Of a stretch of DNA of 64,000 nucleotides, positions 26,368-39,300 are shown piece by piece. The stretch is from Thalia democratica (Eukaryota), in contig OZ241826.1 in assembly GCA_965202585.1 (NCBI GenBank), positions 74,462,001-74,526,000 of the forward strand. Reading direction: 5' to 3'. The translations under genes and the position numbers were made by a program. Within the stretch, counting starts at the first letter, position 1. Every line of letters begins with the position of its first letter. Below the pieces are notes generated by a model. That model did no database searches. It was given only the letters and a program-made list of their open reading frames with translations, and had not been told where the DNA came from.

Positions 26368-27426
26368 TTAAACTAATGTTTCAGAGTACGTTATCAGTTC
26401 GCTCGAGTCCATGCTGTGAAGGGAACTCAATCCGGTGTCCGAGTCATTGTCGTTCATGTGGCCCTTGGTCGGGTACCTGCCGTACAAGCGGTCTTGCCCA
26501 TAGCTCATCTGCGGCTCGTGCAGGTAAAAGTGATTGTAGTTCTGGGGCTTTCCCACCTGGAACCTGGGAAAGTGCGGGCTGAAGCTCGCTTGCTGCTGGA
26601 ACATCATCCCGTTGTAGTGGTGCGGAAGCGGCGAGAACCTCTCCTTTTTAAAGTTGTTGGAGAACATGGGCTTGCTTTGTGCGGGGTGAAAGGGCGCCAT
26701 GCAGTGGTGGTAATTGTTATGTGGCAGCTTCCTAACCAACTTCGAAGGATCCTGGTTCTTGTTGTAGGTCGAGAAGGTCAGCTGAGGAGTCAGCCTATGC
26801 TTTCCGTGGTCGCAGTACCCGTGCTCGCCGCTAGGTGGAGGGCTCGACTCCCCGTCGCAGCTGCCCCTGCTGCCCACTTCTCCCATCATGCCGATGACGT
26901 CGGCGCTAGCGAAGCTGCTGATGCTGCCTGCCGAAGCGTTTCCGCTGTCGTCGGTGCTCGCGTTGCTGCTCGGAGTCGTCTCCACTTCCGTCTGCTTGTC
27001 CGCCTTCTTCTGCGTCATGTCGTCCAGGTCCTCGTAGTCGCTCTCGTCGCAGTTCGGAACTGGGTACATGGGCAGCAGCTTGGACTTCTCGGCCTTGGGC
27101 AGGGGCAGGGGAAGCTTTGACAAGGTGATGTCGGCCGCCTTGGAGTGGGTGCGCGAGTGCTTCGGAGGCAGGGTCACGTGACCCGTCAGCTGCTCCCGCT
27201 CGATCTCCTCCTTGCACTGGTGGCACCAGATCCACGTCGAAACGTCGAACTGGTCCCCGTCGTCGGTGTCGGGCAGTAAGGACGATGACGTTATGTTGGC
27301 CAGCGTCATCAGCTGCACGTCCTGGTCTATGAGCTGGTCGCCGTACTCTTCCCACAGCTGAGGGGAAACACCTTCGTCGGAACAGGCCATCTCGCGCACC
27401 AGGTCCACGACTTGTTCTTTCTTTGA
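26368..27426 (-). CDS. RASSF10: RASSF9/10-like exon 4 (SKKEQVVDL...SDTGLSSLHS...ETLV*)
   Basis: ttttacag acceptor; 353 codons including the stop. Confidence 0.92.
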   Translation of the reverse strand, partial: SKKEQVVDLVREMACSDEGVSPQLWEEYGDQLIDQDVQLMTLANITSSSLLPDTDDGDQFDVSTWIWCHQCKEEIEREQLTGHVTLPPKHSRTHSKAADITLSKLPLPLPKAEKSKLLPMYPVPNCDESDYEDLDDMTQKKADKQTEVETTPSSNASTDDSGNASAGSISSFASADVIGMMGEVGSRGSCDGESSPPPSGEHGYCDHGKHRLTPQLTFSTYNKNQDPSKLVRKLPHNNYHHCMAPFHPAQSKPMFSNNFKKERFSPLPHHYNGMMFQQQASFSPHFPRFQVGKPQNYNHFYLHEPQMSYGQDRLYGRYPTKGHMNDNDSDTGLSSLHSMDSSELITYSETLV

Positions 27427-30400
27427 CTGTAAAATTAAAAAAAATTTACTTAGTATACTTTACTTTTGTTTCTTTTTTATATATAATAAATTATACACTT
27501 TGAGTTTAATTCATCTTTTATTAGCCAACAAATTAAAATAGATAATAAAACAGCAAAAATACCTCGTTAACTTTCTGCTGCTCAGCATTTTGGTCTTTTA
27601 AGTCGTCAATTTCAGACGACAGCTTCAAGTTGTCGTACAAGCTCGTCTCCTTCAAAAACAAAATTTCGTCCAACTTATCCTTGTCCTCGCACTTGACTGT
27701 GACATCACAATCGTCGTCGTAAAAGCTTATCCTCTTGAAGCTCTTCTTCCGGTCGCCGTCGCCGGAACCGTCGTCGCAGGCCCACTTCTCGTCCTCGAGC
27801 TGCTGCATGAGGATTTGAGTGGCCCTCTTGTTCTCCTCGATCTTGAGCTGCCGGTCGATGACCTGCTGGCACCAGTTGATGTAGTTCAGCAACTGGCTGT
27901 GGTCCGTGCACGTCTGTATCCAGCTGCTGTTGCTGGTGGTTATGGTGGTCGTGGTGTCCGTTTCCGCCTGGAATGAGTTTTAATTATAAAAACACATTGC
28001 TACAATTCTGTTTGCTTTTGCTGAAATGACTTAGACATATGTATGCTTTTCTACTTGCTAGTTTTGACCCTAGATTTAGTAATTTAATGTACTTAAAAGT
28101 TTAAATAATCAAGAAGAATTATTCAACTATTTTTTTTTGTTGAGAAATAAAAATTAGGAACTACATTTATTTTAACTAAATTTATCAAATCTTTACACAA
28201 TAAACATTAAAAGTAGGAAAAAATATAAGTTTTAAAGGACTTTCATCGCGCTTAATTAAACAAGAGGAAGCTTAAATACACAAGTTCAAGTTTGTAACAA
28301 ATAAAAATTAAAAAGGCAGAAGCGACTTCTTATTGTTTGCGTACAACTCACCGCGTTCAGCTTGCCCATATCGCCGCAAACGCTCTCGATCTGCGCGTCG
28401 ATCTTACGCTCGCTCCTTTTCCCTTCCAGCAGAATCCTCCCTCGCTGCCCCACCACGGAGCTGAGGCTTCTGAACTCCACCATGTCGTCTGTAAAGAATA
28501 TATCAGTTTAATTTTAAATATGTATGCATAAACGCAGTGAAATAATACACTTGTTAATTATGCATGCGGCGGCCGCGCAAGAAAATATTTAATAAAGCCG
28601 ACTTGTTTGAATGAAAACAAATATGTTTATCTTTTTAGTCGCGTTAAATTCGAACGACTCTCAGCGCAGATGAAGGGTATGATTAAAAAACATTTCTTTG
28701 TTATGCCTTACCACTAAAAACTGTGTAATGTGCTGTTGAGCATTTTGCGTCGCGTTTTATTATGTTCTCCGATTATTGGCTTTTTCACGTCAAAGATTAA
28801 ATAAGTTGTGTGGTTTTTTAGTTAAGCAAACATTAATGTTACTTACTGTTGAAATTAGAGTAAAGTTAGAGAATTATACTTTATTGCTTTATAACATTTA
28901 CTATAGTTTTCTTTTGGTTTGTATAAGTAGTATTTAACGAATAAAACTTTTATTGTTATGTAGTCACTGTTGTTTTAAAACTTCAAAAATTCTATAAGCA
29001 AACATCATTAAATTTTCAAATATTTTTTTTTTCTGAAACAAATAATTAGAAAGTAGTTTACATAATAACACTTAAAGTTTTAGTTTAGTTTGATTGAAAG
29101 TTTTTTAAAAATAAAACAAGTTGTGTATACATGTTGATGTACATAGATACTTTAGTTTTTCCAATTGGAAGCTTATTTGTAAAATTTAAAAGTAATTTAA
29201 TTGGTTATGGACACGGAATTATCGTGCTGAAAATAAAAATTTTAAAATTCCCAACTTGCAAACACGTTTAACAACATTCAGTCTGATTTTGTTAATCGTG
29301 CGTGAATTTATGGTAAAGTACAAGAAAAAATTAAACGTTTACTTCATTGTTTTCAAAGTTTTATTGTCTTGACTTTTTCGCACGAAATTGTGTTCTGCTA
29401 CAAAAGGATTATGAATTTTGTTAACAATTGCAGCAAAATAGCAAAGTTTAAAAGGTTTTCGAAAAAAATTCCGCTAAATAACACCCAATGTGCTTATTTG
29501 GAGCATTAAGCTTTTTATTAGTGTAAATAATCTGCACAAAGCTGTTGTAATACCAGCTCATCGCATAAACTGTTTATGCGAATGAGGTATTAAACATTTT
29601 GTTTTTAAAATTGAAGTTACATCAGCAAAAAGGTAAAGATTAATTTGGATAAGTAAGCTTATTTAATAAACTTTATGTATTTTATTTGTAATATAAAATT
29701 TTGTAGCGTTTTTTTATTCCAATGTTTACTTAAAAAGGAGCAATAATATACAGATTATTATTAATAAGTCACATGCCACCCAGCTTCCATTCATTTGTAT
29801 TAATAACAACGCTCTTGAAAGGCAAGTGGCGTGAAATAGACAGTATGAATAAGTAGCATAAACACAAGGCTACAAAGGAAAACTGCAATTTCAATGAAAT
29901 ATATCTGCCCCTGTTCCCCACATACACATGTCGCCTCAAAACGCCCCGGAAATCTAGAAATAATAGCGCTCATTGTCGGGCTCTTTACATATTTGTACGG
30001 TTGACCTTGGCAAACACGTGAAAATTTTCTGGACAGCTGAAAGTCACAAAGAGTAAACAAAAAGTGGGAATCGCTTCAAGAATGATTATGTTCATTTAAT
30101 TGCGGCCCGCCATTCGAGCACTCTCTTCTTGCTGTTACAAGCACGCTTCGAGTGGCCGCTCTGTTTGCTCTCGTCTAATTTCGTTTGAACAGCCTTGTAA
30201 TTGTGCCTTGTTTTCCTCCACGGCCGCTTTCGGTGGTGAAAGCGCCAAAACTTTTTCATTAGGAAGAAGTTGTGTTTTCTCGCCAGCAGCGTGACCCGCT
30301 AGTTTTTCGAGGACTTTCGAGATCATTGTTTGCCTTTTTGAGCGCGGTCGGGAAAGGGACGAAAATAGCTCGGTGTGCATTGTGCATGTGCGAGGGTTTG

Positions 30401-32434
30401 TTTACAACTAAAGTTGCCAGGTCAACCATGTGCCGTTTCGAACCGATGCTCATGCAACTATGCAAACAAATTAAAGTGCAACCGTATAACTTTAATCCGC
30501 AAAAATCTGACGCACAGGGAGTTTAATAACATCGCGCGCCAGTCGGAGCGAATCAAAGATGACCATTGTTTTTTCATCAACGCAGGCTGAGCCGATATTA
30601 AGTATCTACAGCGCTTAAACACTGCAAGCTAAGCTGACAGATAAACTTTTATTGCACTTACTACAATCAAGCTTGCAAATAAAACTAATTCACATCAGGT
30701 AACACCCCTAATTCATACTAACAAATCTCTCTTAATTTGAATACAACGGCACATCTTAAGCCAAAACAAATAAAATTTAGGCGCATAAACAAGTGCTTTT
30801 TAGATTTTTGTACTCGAATGGCTTTCCTGTAGTACTTAAGTATAAATTGCTTTAAAAGGACTATTTAAGTGCATAAAAGTCAAGTTTAACAAGCTATCAA
30901 GTTTGCATTTGTATTTATATTTAACGTAAAAAAACTAACCGTTTGTGTCTTTTTTTGTTGCTTCCAATGTTTTCATTTCGTTTTGTTTGTTCAGCGACAT
31001 TTCTTTGATGCTGTCAAAAGAACCAGGATTTGGTTGCTTGGATGGGACGGGTGCTGTTTTTTGCGACTTGCAACTTTCATGCTTCTGGGCGGTCAAAAGT
31101 GGCGAATCGGACCAAGTTCCGATGCCGGTCACGGGCTGGCGCTTCTTCTTGCGGGAAAAGCTGAACAGTTTGGACTTTTTGGTCGCCTTGCACGCGCTCG
31201 CAGCCTTTTCGGCCTGAATTTTTTCCTCCTTTTCCTTCATGGCCTTCTCGTACTGCGCCATGAAGTCGTTGCTGGCCGACGAGGCTTCCGACGAACTAGT
31301 GCCGCTCGTCGTACCGCTCAAGGTGCTCATCTCGCTGCTGGTCGTCGACGAGTCGGTGCCGGTTGTCGTCGTGCTACCAGAGGTCGTCCCGCTCAGGTAG
31401 CTCTCCTCTGCGATCTGCCCTTGCATCAGCCTCTGGTGGATGTTGGGCTCCCGCGCCGCCATCACCGACTTCTCGTCGTCGGCATCGCCGTCGTTCGAGT
31501 CAGTGGTCGCGTTGGTGACGGCCTCCGCTATGACGTAGCCGCGGTTGTGACGCAACAGGTGCTCCCGCGACGACTTGGTGATCCGGCCTTTGCTGGCGCT
31601 CCGATGCCGCTTCGAGGACCTTCTCGAGCTGCTCTTCGACGACCGCCTATGCTGGTTGTGTGCTGGAGCGGGCGATGACGTCGCAATTGATTCCGGCAGG
31701 TTGATGAAGGACCTGCGCCTGTGGCGGTTGCGCCTGTACGCGCAGTGCTCGCTGGCCAGGTCGCTGTCGCCCCTGCGCAGGCTACCAAACTTGGCGTTGT
31801 ACAAAAGGCACTCCGGCCCGGTGTATCCCCCATCCACGAACTGTTCCTCGCTCAGGCCGAAGCTCGTGCCGTCTGTGAAGCTGTTCTTGTCTTCGACCGA
31901 GTTCTTGCCTTCGGCCGCCTCGGCCACGCTCGCCCTCTTCACAGCCTGCTGGTACCTCCGCAAGTTTCTCCTTATCCTCCGCTTCTGCCCGCTGGACAGC
32001 TTGTACTGCCTGTAGTCGTGCTTAGAGGATGATTCGTGGCGTTTTGAGGGGGAAGTTGCGTCTTTGCTTTTTGGCGCCAAAGTTTTCCTGCGCAGGGACA
32101 AGGTCACGTGCTGCTGCTCTTCCCGCCACGACGACCAGACCTTCAGGATCTGATCTTTGGGCGAAAGTACTTTCTCGTTTCCCCTGTGGCTCTCCACTAT
32201 CTCGTAGTGCTGGGCCAGCTCCAACGGGGACTTTTCCGAAGGAAAACTGTCGGGGGATTTTTTGCTGGCGGTCTGCTGCTTCTTTATAAAGTCCACCAGG
32301 ACTTCCAGGCACGTGGTTTTGCGGGTCAGCCCGTTCACCCGGTGCTCCCCCTCACCCACCCGCAGCGTGATGCAGTTGGTTTCCATGGAAACTGTTGAAC
32401 TGGTGTTCGAATGATTGTTGACGAATTTCAGCAT
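26368..32434 (-). CDS. RASSF10: N-terminal RASSF family protein, RASSF9/RASSF10 (Meru)-like, ~1031 aa
   Basis: complement join(30940-32434,28352-28488,27563-27967,26368-27426) = 3096 nt; GT-AG introns with matching phases 1,0,0. N-terminal RA domain (GLTRKTTC.EVL...YEIVE.HRGNEKVL.PK..ILKVW..W.EEQ..V...L), central coiled-coil, and C-terminal NDNDSDTGLSSLHSMDS...ETLV matching the RASSF9/10 tail as recalled. The RASSF10 versus RASSF9 label is approximate. Confidence 0.9.
27563..27967 (-). CDS. RASSF10: RASSF9/10-like exon 3, coiled-coil (AETD...QKVNE)
   Basis: ttccag acceptor; gtattt donor; 405 nt; phase 0 to 0. Confidence 0.9.
28352..28488 (-). CDS. RASSF10: RASSF9/10-like exon 2 (DDMVEFRSL...GKLNA)
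   Basis: tttacag acceptor; gtgagt donor; phase 1 to 0. Confidence 0.85.
30940..32434 (-). CDS. RASSF10: RASSF9/10-like exon 1: RA domain plus long S/T/basic low-complexity region
   Basis: 499-aa ORF. ATG at 32434 has an in-frame TGA immediately upstream; donor gttagt at 30939. Confidence 0.92.
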
Positions 32435-33051
32435 TCAGGGTTTTTGTACTTTTTGTGTTAACGAAATTTAAATATCTGTGGAAAATAAGTTATTAACTTT
32501 CTATAAACATATAACAAAAACTATTTACTGGGTTATTATTATAAATTACGTAACTTTTGCTGGTGAAATCAATTTCACGATCGTAGCTTGTTTAATTCAC
32601 TGTGGTCGGATTAGGTAAATTTATGTTATATTTACTAGTGCTTTTAAAAAGGTTTAATTCTGTTGTTACTGTTAGGCTTTTTCAAGAAAAAAATGTATAT
32701 TTTTAACATATTTATAAAGTTTTAATTAGTTTTTTAAAGAAGTAACTAATTTTCTTTCTGAAAAAAAAAACTCACTGTCGAACTAAACAAACTTAGAATC
32801 TACTAATACCTTTAAATAATTTTGTCAAACACCAGCAAATAAATTATCATTAACAAAAACTCAAAAAAAGAGTTCTGTTAGCTAAAAACTTTCCAGAGAT
32901 AATCTCACGGCTAAGCTCAAAACTTTTTTCAACAAAATTCTTTCTTTCAAAAATCTTTAAAGAACAATACAGAAATGACTCTGAACGTTTTACAAACACA
33001 AACTTTTTAGTCATGACTACCGAGAGAACAAAGACACTTGAAACGGGTTAC

Positions 33052-33330
33052 TTTGTCGAGCGGAGACTTCGAATGATCATTGTCCGCACAAAATTCTCCT
33101 TAAAATCTTTCTTTTTTCCCACCGAGGCGCGCGAGCGAAATTTTTTTGTCTCTCAAAATTTTTCGACAGCAGAAAACTTTCTCTTTTTTTAGCTATGACG
33201 TTTTCGCCAGCTCTCTGTGAGCGTAACTCGGTATTTTTACAACTTTGTTTACATTGCGCTCTAGTGATAAATACGCGATTTTGTTTGTGAACACGGGTAA
33301 GGTATGCTGAAACCAAACGTACAAAAGCTT
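33052..33330 (-). promoter_or_regulatory. Candidate promoter / non-coding first exon of the RASSF gene
   Basis: CpG-enriched patch with a minus-strand donor AAA|gtaacc at 33051 and a matching acceptor cacag at 32477-32476, 41 nt before the ATG. The 5' boundary is approximate. Confidence 0.35.
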
Positions 33331-36300
33331 CAGAAGTTGTTTTCTTCAATTGAGCTATTTGACATTTATAAGTGCTTACACATGTTCGATTAAAAAACAA
33401 TAAATCATGTTAGCTTATTTTTAGATTGAAATTTTTCAAACATTTTTTCAACTTATATATTTTTATTTAAAAAAAAATTGATTACATAAAACAAGTTTAC
33501 GCAGATGGTGCAATACAACGAGTACTCAAAAGTACTTAATTAAAACTGCAGGTATTCATGTCTGCATAACTTTTATTGAAGAGAATTTTAAAGTACTTAA
33601 CAATGCTTTATGTTTGATGGGACTTCAAAACGTTATATTGCACTGATAAAAGTTATATAAAATAACTATAAACCTAAAAAAAAGCTATTAAACTGTTAAC
33701 TCTCAATTAAAACTAACAATAAATTAAAAAACTAAGTTTTATATAAATAAATTTACATCTTTTCTTTAAGTTTATAAACATTATTTTGTAAGTATTTATT
33801 CTGTAGAATAAGACAATTATTAGTATACTGTAAAAAAAATTATTTTTTACTTAACCTTGATGTTTTATTTGAAATCAATAAACTTATATTAACAAACTAA
33901 TCACAAACGACGAAGTTTTAACAATACATTTATAAACTTTATATATTTTAAAACAATAAACTTTTAATTTAACTCTAATTTTTTTTGGGTAAAAAACAAT
34001 TTCAGCTTAGATAATCATACCAACTCTTAACAAAACTAAACTTTAACTATAAAAATGCTTTGTAAAGCCTTGTTAGACATTACGAATAAGTTTTACTTTA
34101 CGACTTTAAGCCTTTGTTTTTAAATCAACTTTTACTGATTTAAAACAATCGAATTTTATCATATTTAAAGTTATCAGTTGCGACAAAACGTAAATCAATA
34201 GCTTTTAATTTAAAAGCGTTACTGCCAGTTAGGTTTAATTATTCATCATAGAAATGATTAATAATGTAAATGTAAGTCTGTTTCCGTTTTTACTAAAATA
34301 GAAACACTTAACTTGGAGTGAGCTAAATTCATTATTTTTTAAGTTCATACAACTTGCTTAAGTTTGTATAACTGCTCTTTAGTATGTAAAGTAGCTTCAT
34401 ATGAAGATATCAAGTTATTTTACATACTAATGTGCAGTTTTAATATCAGCAAAGGTCAACACTGTAGAATTCTAAAAAAAAGGCAGCAAATTACAAAAGA
34501 GAAATTTGCACGCTTCTAACTGCTTTTATCTGTATTGAATGAAGGTTAACAAACCTCACGGATTACTAAAGTTAGACTGAATTGAATGTCATTAAGCCAT
34601 CAATCCCCATAGCTGCTTATCGAAGGAAATTAGACCTAAATTTCCAAGCAATTTGCTTTTTAAAGCACGAGATTCAAATTAAATATCTATATTAGGCGCT
34701 GGTCGCTTCGAATATCTGAGATGCCTCTGAGCTTTGGTAAATAACTTAAAGACAACAAACGCTTTAACCAAATTTAAATACATGCTGGAATGAAAATCAG
34801 TTCAGATTGTATCTGTTACTGTATCTCTTGTGTAATGGCGTTTGCCTCATTTAATTAACCACCATTACATGCTCGTTAGAATAATTTCCACACAACTTTG
34901 TTAAAGTCTTTAACTAACAAAGAGCTTTAAACTTCATCTTTTTTTAACACTGGTGTGAGCACATTACTTTTACTTTTAGTTTTAAACTCGTAAAAATCTG
35001 AAAAGGCTACGTAGTTAAAGTCCTTAAACTTATGACACTGTCAAAATGAATGTGTTTGTTTACCGTATAACAATGTAGTTTGTCTTTGTTATATAATTTC
35101 ATCAGCCCATAATAAACTGTTAGTCGTCATTATACTTATTAGTTTTCTATCTTTTTGACGTGTAATACTTTTAATTCTTAAATTTTTCTATTATTGATTA
35201 AAAAAATTACCTAGCTACTTACAACAATATTTGATTTTGAAATAGTTTAGATATGTTTTCGAGTTTGTGGCTTACTTTTAATAGACCCATCTGTCAAAAT
35301 TTAAATTTATTGTAAAAAAACAATGCCAACGGAAACTATTAAGTTAAATAAAAAGTAAGTATTTTATTGTAATTTATTTTAAACATGACACAATTTTCTT
35401 TATCAGCATTGCATCTTATAAAATGTTTGAACTCAAACTACAGAGGAAATAAAATAAATTAAATCTATTAAATTATGATATATTGTAGATGTTTTTTTAG
35501 GCATTATTAAATTAGTTAAGCTATCAAGTTCATTAAACATGTAAATAGTTAAGAAGTTTTACCTTAAACATTTAGTAGTATTTAATTTGTTAGTTTCACT
35601 CAAGTATAAACTGAATGTTATAAATGATACTTATGACTTACAACAGCTTTCATAAAGCATGTTTACTGCTTATCAACTTAAGACACTAGCTTCAAAAATT
35701 TTTCGAGTTCAAACTTTATTTTAATTTTTGAATTCGCTTGCAGCAGCAGCAATCCCCATGCTGCACTTTTTGTTACTTATCAGTTTTTTGGCTTAAAATC
35801 TCGTTTGTCGATAATTTGTGCTCATGCAGCGCACCGTAAAACAGCTTTAATGACAATCACGCCGAGTCTAGACAAATAACAGCGCTCAAAGTGCACCCAC
35901 TGCCAATATTGCTGCTCGAAACTTTGGCATAAGCAGCCATGTATTCCTTTAAACGCCAGATTTTTGACTAAACAAAAACTCAGCATGCCATGTTATCAGG
36001 ATAATTTCGTTGAAGATGTACCACATGAATCAAATTATACTCAAAACAAAAAAAAAACGCTGATAGAGTTTTTGTCTTGTGAAGCTACATTATCAATAAT
36101 TAATTGCAGAAAATAGTATCAACAAAGCGAACTTTGGCAAAGCTTGTTAATTGTATTTTCGCTAATAAGCACAAAAACTAAACGTTATTAAAGCTGACTT
36201 AACTTTTAACTTTAATAGTTTGAATCAAAATCAGCTAATCAAATACTACTTTAAGTTTAATTCATTACAAGATATCTTAGAACAAGAAAAATTACAGTTT

Positions 36301-39300
36301 TCTGTAAAGTTTTTCCATACATAAATTAGTTTTTATAAAAAAAAAGTAAAATTTTATGACTTCTTATATAATATGAACTTAAAATAAATGTATAATATTT
36401 TGTTGTTTTTATGTATTTAAAAAAATGCTTTGAGTTTTCGAAGAAACAAGTAAAAAAGTTAAACTTTAATTGGACTTTTAGTTAAGAGTAACTAAATTCT
36501 AACTAATATCAATTTTTTTTTAATTGTTTTGAAATTTTTGAACATATATTGATGGAAGAATTTAAACGTATATGAAAGGACTATAAATAATATATTTCAT
36601 TTTATAAGACTTTCTTACAAATATCATGGATGTGGGCGTCTGCACCCCAGACAAAAGTTAACCCAAAAAAATTCACAACAATACAAAGTCAAGTGTTGAA
36701 CTTGACAGCAGATCATCGCGGGTTCACGTAATCTGGTGGGACGTGCGTACAAAACTTCACCATAACAAAGTGAAAACGAAAAACAAATGAAAGAGCGTGC
36801 TCAGCACTGGTCAGTTTCGGATTATGTTGCAGGGATGTTCTCGAGTGATCGTTGACAGATCACGGGTTGAAAGTACGCGTAGAGGCAGAAGGAATTTACT
36901 TTACCATCGGTTTGTGCACTAAGCAAACAGATTAGAACTGAACTTTTTTTTTAAAGCGTCTGATTCTAAAAAAATATACTCCTGCTGTTAATTTTTAAAC
37001 TGATTTTTTGTTTACAAGAGTAATAAACAAAAATATTTAAACTTCTTGGATACTTGAATAAATTAGCGAAGGAGAATAAAACCGACAGTTATAAACTATT
37101 ACTTTATTTGCAATTTCTACTGTTGTTCTCTAAAAGACTTTTCTAAACAAAAAATAATAGTTTGGAAAAAAAAAAATTATAACTAAAAGTATAGTTAATT
37201 ATTTTTAAAAGTACAGACTTTACAGTTTATAGCAAGTATAATAGTAAACCGAAACAAGTAACTTATCCATTGTAGTATGGTAATAGTAAAAATATGAGTA
37301 CTTTTTTTATCCAAAGTTTATTTGTGATGCTCTTGTAACATTAAAGCTACAAGTTGCACGTAATCAAAAACGTAAAACACATCTGAAATGGTGTTTTTAA
37401 GTAAAACTAAAACATAAAAACTTAATAACGCGACTCATATTTACGCTAGTTAACAATAAAACACAGTTCTTATCGTACATGCACAAAACGACCAGTTAAA
37501 CGTCACAAAGGTTCGTGTTGTTACGTCACCATCGCTGGTGTACGTGTGGTCTCGACGACGCAGACTCCGGATGCAATTAGCAATTTCTTACTTCCAAATC
37601 TGAAACGAGGAAAGTATCATTCACAAGCGCCTATTGTTACCTTGCAGCATCACAATGGACCTTCATAAATCAAGCGCAGGGTGACTGCGCACAGGGACGT
37701 GTATGGGAGGAAATGAAGCTCGCTTGGGACGTGCAATTTGCAGTTTAGATGATTGTTATTACCAAACGTGCAATGTGCAATTTTCAAATCCGCCTGACTG
37801 AAAGCAACGCGACTCGTACCGTGAACTTTCGCTCGCAGCTGTCTGAAAAACAAAACGTCGAAAAGGCTTTTTGTGTTGCATTCAAAGCAAAATACTCCTT
37901 TTGAAAACCTACAGAAGAAATTTAAACCTAAAATCAAAACTTATCTCCATAGTAGAGCGTAAGTTGTTTTGCACTCGAGCAATGACAAGTTGAATTAACA
38001 ATCAAACTGTCCGAAACAAGTTTTTTGAAAGTTTAATAATAACTTAAACTTATCTGTCGGTTTCACGGTTTAAATTTAGCAATGACAAATTAACAAAGTA
38101 TTTGAGCGAGTTTTGCTGTTTATTGTTGATTTCATGCCCATCAAACTGGGCTGTTCATTTAAATTTTAAATTAAATTAATTGCATTACGGTCAGGTAAAG
38201 GAAGCATCGCATGAGCTGATAACAAGATTTAATTTCGGTCTCATAACTGTAGGTAAATAATTCTTTGAAATTTTTTTAATTCTTTTTATTTATAAATGTT
38301 ATTACTAGTCATTTAAATATAATATAATCTATGCGACACAATTTTTTTATTAATTTTTTTGTTTGATTACTACAAAAACGAGCTTGTAAAAAGTATTTTT
38401 TCTAAAAATCAAAACCAAACTTTGCGAAAACTCAAAAGTTAAAGATTTTCTCTAATAAGTCGAGATATGAGCATGTGGCAATATAAACACAAACAATAGT
38501 CGATGTTTGATAAAGCGATCTACTTCAAAGCATGTGGATTTGCAAGGTTAAATCTCTATGATCTGCTCAAACGCAGCTTAAGCAAATTTGCTAAATGCGA
38601 AAAACAACTCAAATGTTTAGTTATTTTTTTCTTTAAAAACTATGTTTGCTTTCTTTTTTTTAACTGTACACGATAGGGCAATGCTTAAGTATATTGAATA
38701 TACAACGTTTAAGTTTTTTAAAATTGCAAAAACGAGTATTGTCGGTTTTTCCGCCAAAATTTCGCAGTCAAAATTTAATTAGATAAGAAAAATATAATGA
38801 ATACTTTCAGACTTTATGTTTATAGATAAATTTAGTGGTACAACCAGCATGCTATTAAATCAAGGTAATCGTAATTTTAATGAAACAGATTTTAAAGAAA
38901 TTAATGTTTAAACATTTTTATCAGGTTAAATTTTAAAGCTAATATCGATGCTTATCACAATATTTGAAACAAAATCATAAACAGAAAGGTCCAAAGTATT
39001 ATTATTTCATTGAGCTGTACTTTTATGGTATACTTTGAAAAAAGTAGCCACACAACACAATGTTCAAAGCAAACTTTTTTATTGCGTCACAAAAACAACA
39101 CATAAAGCTTCACACACAACAAGGCCGAACAAAGAAAACATCAAACGGCAGTTTGAAGTACATTTTCACTCTCACATTTGTGTCAAGTATATTCAAAGTG
39201 GAAGTTCTATTTTGAACTTGGAGCGGCGATAAAGTTTTAAAAGTTTAACGCTTCCAATCTGGAACTTTTTCACTGCGACCTATTGCCACTAGTAAAACTC

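Noticed and set aside
26376-27911. Long alternative-frame and antisense ORFs (234, 149, 68 aa) over RASSF exons 3-4
   Set aside because: Shadows of very high-GC3 coding sequence, where stop codons are scarce; no independent motifs or splice signals.
30945-32398. Overlapping ORFs (231, 146, 103, 101, 96 aa etc.) over RASSF exon 1
   Set aside because: Same GC-shadow effect; only the 499-aa frame carries the RA domain.
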